From assembly GCA_030637405.1 (NCBI GenBank), contig DAOWGP010000034.1, forward strand, positions 1,358-65,357: a stretch of 64,000 nt of DNA. Direction: 5' to 3'. Below are positions 58,103 to 64,000 of the stretch, piece by piece. The position numbers and the translations under genes are program-made. The notes beneath the pieces are model-generated. The model was not told where the DNA came from. It did no database searches and saw only the letters and a program-made list of their open reading frames with translations. Every line of letters starts with the position of its first letter. Position 1 is the first letter of the stretch. This DNA comes from Candidatus Omnitrophota bacterium. GTDB lineage: Bacteria; Omnitrophota; Gorgyraeia; Zapsychrales; Zapsychraceae.

Positions 58103-60085
58103 CTAGATAACTTTCCTTACCGCCTCAAGAATGATTTCATCATCATTAATTTGTTTCGTTTGAATTTTACCTTTGGCAACATCGTAGATGGACTGGCCGA
58201 GATGATTGACATCCGAAGAAAGAACAAAACCTTGCGCATTAAGCCGTTCGGTAAAAGCCCGATGCTTATTCTCACCTTTTAAAACTTTCGCTATCAACAG
58301 CGGCGAGAAAACGATTGTATTCTTCCCCGAACTGGCCGCTTCCGAGACCATGGAAAGGCTGTCTCCCGACACCACAACAATATCCGAAAGCCCGAGGATG
58401 CCACCAACAGCCTCCGAAACATTTTCGCGATTGGCCAATATGAGAAGCGGGCAATTGGGATGTTTTTTAAATTCCTTAAAGAGAAGTTGCTCGATACATT
58501 GCGGTGTCCTGCGTGACGTCGTTATTAAGATATCCATATTGATCTCGGTCAAAACCTCCTTGATCTGTCGGATCAATATTTTGATTTGCCGCTCGCTTAA
58601 ATACACAGTTTTGCCGTCGCCACCAATAAAAAGACCGATCTTCGCCCTGAGATTATCTTTCAAATGAGAGTACCTTAAAAGCAAGGCCTGTGATTGATCC
58701 TTAAGATATCCCGACATAACCAAATTAGGCGACGCATATGTAATCGCAAAAAGATTCTTTCCCTTTTTTCTTTTTGGTTCGTCATGCTGAGGCAAAACAA
58801 CCAAATCAAAGCGCCCATAATCCAATAGACCAGGCTTGAGGATCACAATACTTTTCGCGTTACTATCGCGCGACAAAAGATTATTGATCCCGGCAATCGA
58901 TGACCCGCAAGAAATGATGAAGTTCGCTTTCATCGTCGTAACCCGCACAAAGGATTCTGCCGTTAGGAACCATTTTAAACATTCAAGCCTGCCCTGATAA
59001 ACAAACGGATGTGACAGCACACTCAGAACAGAAAACAAGCGCGCCTTAAACCGGCTCTGAAAGACAATCAGAACAATCTGTATTGTTGCTTTGATCGCGC
59101 GCTCTGCCAGCGCTTTTTCGGTCATTTGGGCAAGGCATTGAGACTGACGCAGATGGCCCGTCTTCCCATCGCTGAGGATTGAAATATTCGCCTCATTGGA
59201 ATACTTCCATATCTTATAAAACCACATGTATTCCGATGGATACGTGTAAATATAATGCTCCATGAGTTTTGTGACCCTCTTCAAATTCGAGATCACATCA
59301 GCTTCCATATCTCCGGTATTCTCAAGTTCAAAAGGCTCATGAATAATCATTTTGTGCCGCGACCCGCCCTGGCGAATAATCGCGGAAAAACAGATAGGAA
59401 CACCTAATTTAAGCCCCATACGTATGGCGCCGACAGACATTGTCGCCTGACGGCCTAAGAACGGCACTAACACGCCATCACGGCCGCCCTGATCAACAAC
59501 CATGCCGATAACTTCGTTATTTTTCAGGCTCCGGACAAAATCACGAGTCCCGCTCCCCCTCGACAAAACAACCGAACCGCCGCAGGCCCGGTAAGAATTC
59601 AATAGATCATCGAGCCGCGAATGTCTCTTCTGAGACTTAACAAAAATGTTGTACGGATAACCCAACATGACGCATGACAAGCTTGCCAATTCCCAGCTAC
59701 CAAAATGCATCGCTAATATGATCGTCCCCTTACCTTTCTTCAGTGATTCCGTAACATGTTCTTTCCCTTCAACGGTAACAATCTTGTCAAACTTGGCCGG
59801 CGTCAACAAGGGCATGCGGAATAATTCGATCAGATTCTGCCCGTAATTCTTAAATAATTCCTTGGTAATTTGTTTGATTTCGTTGGGAGATTTTAAATGC
59901 GCGAAGGCGATCTTCAGATTCGAATAAGCTCTTGACTTATGCTTGATATCGAAATAATAAGCGAACATCCCTATCCCTTTGCCGATCCCCAAGGCAATGC
60001 TCACCGGAAGGCAGCGGATAAGAAATCCGAAAGCGCGCACACTACAATATACGATAGATTCTTTCAAGAAAGGCGTCCTCTCCAT
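58103..60085 (-). CDS. Lipid A acyltransferase (LpxL-like) fused to an ELM1/GtrOC1-like domain
   Basis: N-half HFGSWE, DQ, VPFLG, PSEYMWF..IWK; C-half LSDGKTGH..QS, PQHD, IGG, TTSRRTP, VSGDSLSMVSEA. Confidence 0.85.
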   Translation of the reverse strand: MERTPFLKESIVYCSVRAFGFLIRCLPVSIALGIGKGIGMFAYYFDIKHKSRAYSNLKIAFAHLKSPNEIKQITKELFKNYGQNLIELFRMPLLTPAKFDKIVTVEGKEHVTESLKKGKGTIILAMHFGSWELASLSCVMLGYPYNIFVKSQKRHSRLDDLLNSYRACGGSVVLSRGSGTRDFVRSLKNNEVIGMVVDQGGRDGVLVPFLGRQATMSVGAIRMGLKLGVPICFSAIIRQGGSRHKMIIHEPFELENTGDMEADVISNLKRVTKLMEHYIYTYPSEYMWFYKIWKYSNEANISILSDGKTGHLRQSQCLAQMTEKALAERAIKATIQIVLIVFQSRFKARLFSVLSVLSHPFVYQGRLECLKWFLTAESFVRVTTMKANFIISCGSSIAGINNLLSRDSNAKSIVILKPGLLDYGRFDLVVLPQHDEPKRKKGKNLFAITYASPNLVMSGYLKDQSQALLLRYSHLKDNLRAKIGLFIGGDGKTVYLSERQIKILIRQIKEVLTEINMDILITTSRRTPQCIEQLLFKEFKKHPNCPLLILANRENVSEAVGGILGLSDIVVVSGDSLSMVSEAASSGKNTIVFSPLLIAKVLKGENKHRAFTERLNAQGFVLSSDVNHLGQSIYDVAKGKIQTKQINDDEIILEAVRKVI

Positions 60086-61100
60086 TAACAATTGAAATTT
60101 CAATCTTCAAGGCTAAAACACGGATATCATCCGGGACCATATTCATAAAGGGTTTTAATTTGACCGCATCCTTCTCTGTTGTCACAATCATTTTAATTTC
60201 CTGCCTTTGACATAACTCAACGATGCTCCCGATATCTTCGGCACAATAAGTATGATGATCCATAAACGCAAAATGTCCACCAATATCTGCCTCTAATTCG
60301 GCCAAGGTTTTGGTGAATGAATCGGGAGATCCGATACCGCAGACCGCGCAGATTTTCAGCCCTAGGGCAGACAATGTCTGAAATTCGGCCCCAGATCGCA
60401 GATCCGAGAATCCAACCGGTTTATGGATCGACTCGACGATCAAAGCTTTCGGATTAACCATATTTAGATCAGTTTTTATTTCCGCCAGGCGCTTTCGGCC
60501 GAGATTTATTTTCGTTAAAACAAATATATCCGCCCGTGACAAAGTTTTTTTGGGCTCTCTTAAAATTCCCCGCGGCAACACATGGCCGTTCCCCCACGGA
60601 TTCGTCGCATCAATAGCGACAATATCAAGATCGCGTAATAACCGCCAATGTTGAAATCCATCATCTAGCAGAAAGACATCAACTGTGTTCTTTTTCAAAA
60701 ACATTTTGGCATTTTCCACCCGACCGGCTCCGGCAAGAACCGGAATATCTAATTTCGCTCTCTGCATTGCAGCTTCATCACTGCTTTGACCTCGGTTTGG
60801 CTTTTTCTTCGCCATATATCCGCGCATGAGAATAACCGGCTGAGAACCTTTTTCTTTTAAGGCCTGAGTTATAAATCCGACGAGGGGCGTTTTTCCAACA
60901 CCGCCTACAGTAAGGTTGCCGACACTAATAACAGGACGGGGAAGCTGATATTGTTTAAATAGGCCGATTTTGTACAAAATCCGTCTCAGGGCAATAAGAA
61001 AGGTGTAAATCCATGAAAGAACCCATAAAACCATTTTGACAACAGAAACAGCCCCGCCACTCACCTGGTCCGTTGCAATTAAATATAAAAACTGCTTCAT
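60042..61100 (-). CDS. lpxK: Tetraacyldisaccharide 4'-kinase
   Basis: SVGNLTVGGVGKTP, RGY, DE, LDDGFQH, LPRGILRE, DHH, TEKDAVK. Confidence 0.95.
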   Translation of the reverse strand: MKQFLYLIATDQVSGGAVSVVKMVLWVLSWIYTFLIALRRILYKIGLFKQYQLPRPVISVGNLTVGGVGKTPLVGFITQALKEKGSQPVILMRGYMAKKKPNRGQSSDEAAMQRAKLDIPVLAGAGRVENAKMFLKKNTVDVFLLDDGFQHWRLLRDLDIVAIDATNPWGNGHVLPRGILREPKKTLSRADIFVLTKINLGRKRLAEIKTDLNMVNPKALIVESIHKPVGFSDLRSGAEFQTLSALGLKICAVCGIGSPDSFTKTLAELEADIGGHFAFMDHHTYCAEDIGSIVELCQRQEIKMIVTTEKDAVKLKPFMNMVPDDIRVLALKIEISIVNGEDAFLERIYRIL

Positions 61101-61147
61101 AATTAAGAATTACCGTTCATGCTGCGGACAACACACATACGCGTTGC

Positions 61148-62419
61148 CTACATGTTTTCATAACCTAACAATTGCCGAATTTCTTTAATTGTTTTTAAAG
61201 TCGCTCCCTGATGGTTTTCGACTGTTTGTTGCGCTGCCTTACCGATCGCCCGAGCTTTTTCAGGGTTCGAAAGAAGTTTCCGCATTTCTTCTAATAGTTC
61301 TCTGGGATCGTCGACCTGGACCAATCCCTCTGATTTTAAAAAGATCGCCACCACATCCTTAAAATTTTGCGTCATCGGCCCAACAATGGTAGGTTTACCC
61401 AGGCAAGCCGATTCTATCATATTTTGTCCGCCGCCAACAGTAAGCGTTTTTCCTATAAAAACGATTTTTGCCAAACTGTAAAGATTACGGAGATGCCCGA
61501 TCGTATCAACGACCACAATAGACTTTGTGTCTCCCTTATGATCTTTTATTTCTGAAAATCGGATGGGATGGTACCCTTGCTTTTCAACAATACCGATAAC
61601 AAAATCGGCCCTTTCAATATGGCGTGGAGCAATAACTAAACGCAATCCGGGAAATCCCGCGATCAATGCATGGTACGCATTGATTAAAATGTCTTCTTCA
61701 CCCGGATGCGTGCTTCCGGCAATGAGAAGGTCTTCATCCTCGCCAAAACCTAAATCTTCTTTCTTTATTTCTGCCGCTCCCGGAACATTATCAAACTTTA
61801 AATTTCCAACAATACGCACTTTTTCCGGAGCCGCACCCAATCGCTCAATACGATCAGCATCCAGCGGGCTCTGCATACAGAATATGTCGACACAAGCCAG
61901 AACGCGTTTCGTCAAAACACGAACACGGTTGTACCCTCGATAGGCCTTATCGGAAATGCGCCCATTGATCTGGATAACCGGAACAGACGCCTTATGAAGA
62001 GCCGAATAGAGATTAGGCCAAATCTCCGTCTCTGTTGAAATATAAATCGCGGGTTTAATCGTTGTAATAAATTTCCGGACGGTCCAGCTGAAATCCAGTG
62101 GCGCATAAATAACAAGGCAATCGCCGCCTAGTTGTTCTTGAGCAAGCTGATTTCCGGTTTTTGTAACGGTTGAGCAAATAATCGTGTGCTGCGGGAACTC
62201 TTTTTTCAATTTCCGGATAAGATCCGTGATGGCTAATACTTCACCGACACTAACGGCATGAATCCAGATGCATTTTTGCGCTTCATTTCTCCCGGCAAGC
62301 ACAGACCCCAAACATCCAAACCGCGTCTTAAATCCCGGATGCCATTTTCCAAGAATGACTAAATAGGGAAAATAGAGGATCGCCAAAAAAACAAATACGA
62401 TATCGTACATAATCGACAT
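61148..62419 (-). CDS. waaA: Kdo transferase
   Basis: IWIHAVSVGE, PLD, ETEIWPN, GNLKFD, GSTHPGE, PRHIER, DTIG, GGQN..E. Confidence 0.95.
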   Translation of the reverse strand: MSIMYDIVFVFLAILYFPYLVILGKWHPGFKTRFGCLGSVLAGRNEAQKCIWIHAVSVGEVLAITDLIRKLKKEFPQHTIICSTVTKTGNQLAQEQLGGDCLVIYAPLDFSWTVRKFITTIKPAIYISTETEIWPNLYSALHKASVPVIQINGRISDKAYRGYNRVRVLTKRVLACVDIFCMQSPLDADRIERLGAAPEKVRIVGNLKFDNVPGAAEIKKEDLGFGEDEDLLIAGSTHPGEEDILINAYHALIAGFPGLRLVIAPRHIERADFVIGIVEKQGYHPIRFSEIKDHKGDTKSIVVVDTIGHLRNLYSLAKIVFIGKTLTVGGGQNMIESACLGKPTIVGPMTQNFKDVVAIFLKSEGLVQVDDPRELLEEMRKLLSNPEKARAIGKAAQQTVENHQGATLKTIKEIRQLLGYENM

Positions 62420-62452
62420 AAGGTTATATTCTTAAGCGTGGGCATTTCATAA

Positions 62453-62487
62453 TAAAAAACGAGTTGCGGGCGACAAGCCGCGAACAA
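62453..62487 (-). terminator. Possible terminator after xerC
   Basis: Minus strand GTTCGCGG-loop-CCGCAAC stem followed shortly by T6. Confidence 0.35.
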
Positions 62488-62492
62488 TGAAT

Positions 62493-63353
62493 CTACGCTC
62501 TCGGATGAGCTTTATTGTAGACCGCTTTTAGACGATCCGTTGTCACATGCGTATATATTTGGGTCGTCGAAAGATTAACATGCCCTAACAGCTCCTGAAC
62601 CGAACGCAGATCAGCCCCGCGGTTCAGCAAATGCGTCGCAAATGAATGCCGCACGACATGCGGCGAAACATTCGCAGTCATACCCACCGTCATGATGTGT
62701 TTATTAACAATGTTGCGCACGCTCCTATCAGAAAGCCGCGTTCCGTTCTTATTTAGAAATAACGTGTTCGATTTCTGTTTTCTGTCTTTAAGATAATTAC
62801 GAATGGCGTCGAGCGCCTTATCCCCAATGGGGATCAGCCGCTCCTTCTTTCCCTTTCCGGAAACTTTCGTGATATTGCCGATCAAGTCCACGTTATTGAT
62901 ATTTAAGCCGACAAGTTCGCTGACGCGCATTCCCGTGCTGTAGAGAGTTTCAAGAATCGCCCTATCTCTTTTTCCTGAAATTTTCTCAAGCGATGGCGCT
63001 TCGATAAGTTTGGCCATTTCATCCTCGCTTAAGAATTTCGGAAGCATCTTGTCGAGTTTCGGCGACATTAATAAAACGGCCGGATTTTCGCAAATAAACC
63101 CTTCACGATGAAGAAATTTAAAAAAACTTCTTAATGAAGATAGCTTTCTGGTAAGGGTACGCGGACGATAGTGTTTTGCGCGCAACCGCGCAAGGAATCT
63201 CCGCAGGAAAAGATAATCGACCTTTTCAACAGGAGTTTGGCCAATAAATTGAAGAAAATCCTCTAAATCAATGCGGTAATTGAGAATCGTATGCGGAGAG
63301 TAATTCTTTTCGATCTCCAGGTAAGAAATGAATTTATCAAGATAGCGGTTCAT
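62493..63353 (-). CDS. xerC: Tyrosine recombinase XerC (XerC/D family)
   Basis: NYSPHT, RDRAILETLYSTGMRVSEL, GKGKKER, HVVRHSFATHLL, LLGH..LSTTQIYTHV, HPRA. Confidence 0.85.
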   Translation of the reverse strand: MNRYLDKFISYLEIEKNYSPHTILNYRIDLEDFLQFIGQTPVEKVDYLFLRRFLARLRAKHYRPRTLTRKLSSLRSFFKFLHREGFICENPAVLLMSPKLDKMLPKFLSEDEMAKLIEAPSLEKISGKRDRAILETLYSTGMRVSELVGLNINNVDLIGNITKVSGKGKKERLIPIGDKALDAIRNYLKDRKQKSNTLFLNKNGTRLSDRSVRNIVNKHIMTVGMTANVSPHVVRHSFATHLLNRGADLRSVQELLGHVNLSTTQIYTHVTTDRLKAVYNKAHPRA

Positions 63354-63387
63354 AATCGGTAAATAGTGAATGGTAAATCATTAATAG
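63353..63387. repeat. Five degenerate heptamers
   Basis: taatcgg-taaatag-tgaatgg-taaatca-ttaatag. Confidence 0.45.
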
Positions 63388-63415
63388 CAGATTATCGTGC
63401 AGGCGATTTTCTTGA

Positions 63416-63688
63416 TCAATCAATTTTTCTTGATATTTGCTTATAAATATCTTTTCGATGGCCAATCGTTAATATTATCACAAGGATTTCTTTATGGAAA
63501 ACTCGATATATAATCCTGTAGTCTCCAGAGCGATATGATAAGAAACCTTTTAATTCTCTAGTAAGATGCTTACCTATTTCCGAATTTTCCGCGATCCGCC
63601 CGATGGATTCTTTAATTTGACGTTTTTTCTTTAAGGAGAGCTTATCAATATCTTTCTTTGCTTCTTTTGTATAGACAATTTTAAACAT
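63416..63688 (-). CDS. Type II toxin, RelE/ParE family
   Basis: IVYT..AKKDIDKL, YRSGDYRIIY, IGHRKDIY; start overlaps the antitoxin stop (ATGTTTAA). Confidence 0.88.
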   Translation of the reverse strand: MFKIVYTKEAKKDIDKLSLKKKRQIKESIGRIAENSEIGKHLTRELKGFLSYRSGDYRIIYRVFHKEILVIILTIGHRKDIYKQISRKID

Positions 63689-63932
63689 CTTTAAAGACAT
63701 CCTCATGAGAATATAAATCGCCGTTTTTAATATCCTCTTCCGCCCTTAAAATCGCCTGTAACATTTTTTGATCCGCTTTAATCTCTAATGTTTCCAGTTC
63801 TTCCGGAGAAAGCAAAACCGCTTCCGGTTTCCCATTTCTTGTTATAATTAAATGCTTTTCCACATTCGAAATTTTTTTAATCAATTCAGGAAGTTTTCCT
63901 CTCACCTCTGATATTGACATAATATAATCCAT
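63681..63932 (-). CDS. Type II antitoxin, Phd/YefM family
   Basis: SISEVRGKLPELI, IITRNGKPEAVLLS..E.ETLEI; GGAGGTG RBS supports ATG at 63932. Confidence 0.88.
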   Translation of the reverse strand: MDYIMSISEVRGKLPELIKKISNVEKHLIITRNGKPEAVLLSPEELETLEIKADQKMLQAILRAEEDIKNGDLYSHEDVFKDV

Positions 63933-63953
63933 TTTTTTCACCTCCATCTAAAG

Positions 63954-63971
63954 TGTACAATATTTTGTACA
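63954..63971. promoter_or_regulatory. Putative TA operator: paired TGTACA palindromes
   Basis: TGTACA at 63954-59 and 63966-71 (12 bp centre-to-centre), just upstream of the antitoxin RBS. Confidence 0.7.
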
Positions 63972-64000
63972 ACCTTACAAGACTTTTTATTTGTAAATAA

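Noticed and set aside
61108-61128. 21-nt near match (AATTACCGTTCATnnTGCGGA) to 13501-13521
   Set aside because: Different contexts, two mismatches, no associated structure; likely chance
3124-62495. Genome-wide TAG reassignment suggested by two in-frame ambers
   Set aside because: purA, lptB, xerC, uppS and rimP end in TAG at their natural C-termini, and an intact RF1 (prfA) is present
62493-63353. Tyrosine recombinase as integrase of a mobile element
   Set aside because: Size and motifs fit chromosomal XerC/D; no att repeats, tRNA or phage genes seen

Overview
A 64-kb housekeeping-dense segment of a diderm (LPS-making) bacterial chromosome; gene order and fusions are reminiscent of PVC-group/Omnitrophota genomes (inference only). 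Every credible gene lies on the minus strand. In transcription order: a Phd/YefM-RelE toxin-antitoxin pair, xerC, a ~16-kb lipid A/Kdo/core/Lpt cluster (waaA, lpxK, LpxL-ELM1 fusion, GT4-GT9 fusion, GT4, three GT9, HldA-type kinase, kdsB/A/D/C, LptC-LptA fusion, lptB), tig-clpP, a decayed class-V aminotransferase remnant plus a short serA, purA, an OmpA/MotB-domain lipoprotein, uppS-cdsA-dxr-rseP, an orphan CpaF/TadA ATPase, proS-rimP-nusA-infB-trpS-scpA-ruvB, queA and tgt split by a 4-gene insert, trmD-rplS-rnhB-yraN, fchA-folD-flavoprotein, polA-glgA-coaE-rho-rpmE-prfA-prmC-murA-trpGDCF, and finally a c-di-GMP-I-type riboswitch with an enlarged P3 and a terminator ahead of a Cys-cluster protein running off the left edge. 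No rRNA, tRNA, CRISPR array or transposase was recognised. Highlights are the riboswitch, a predicted monofunctional FolD paired with FchA, two in-frame TAG codons followed by coding-like sequence, the LPS fusion proteins and several domain-trimmed core proteins. All assignments come from motif recognition by eye; no searches were run.
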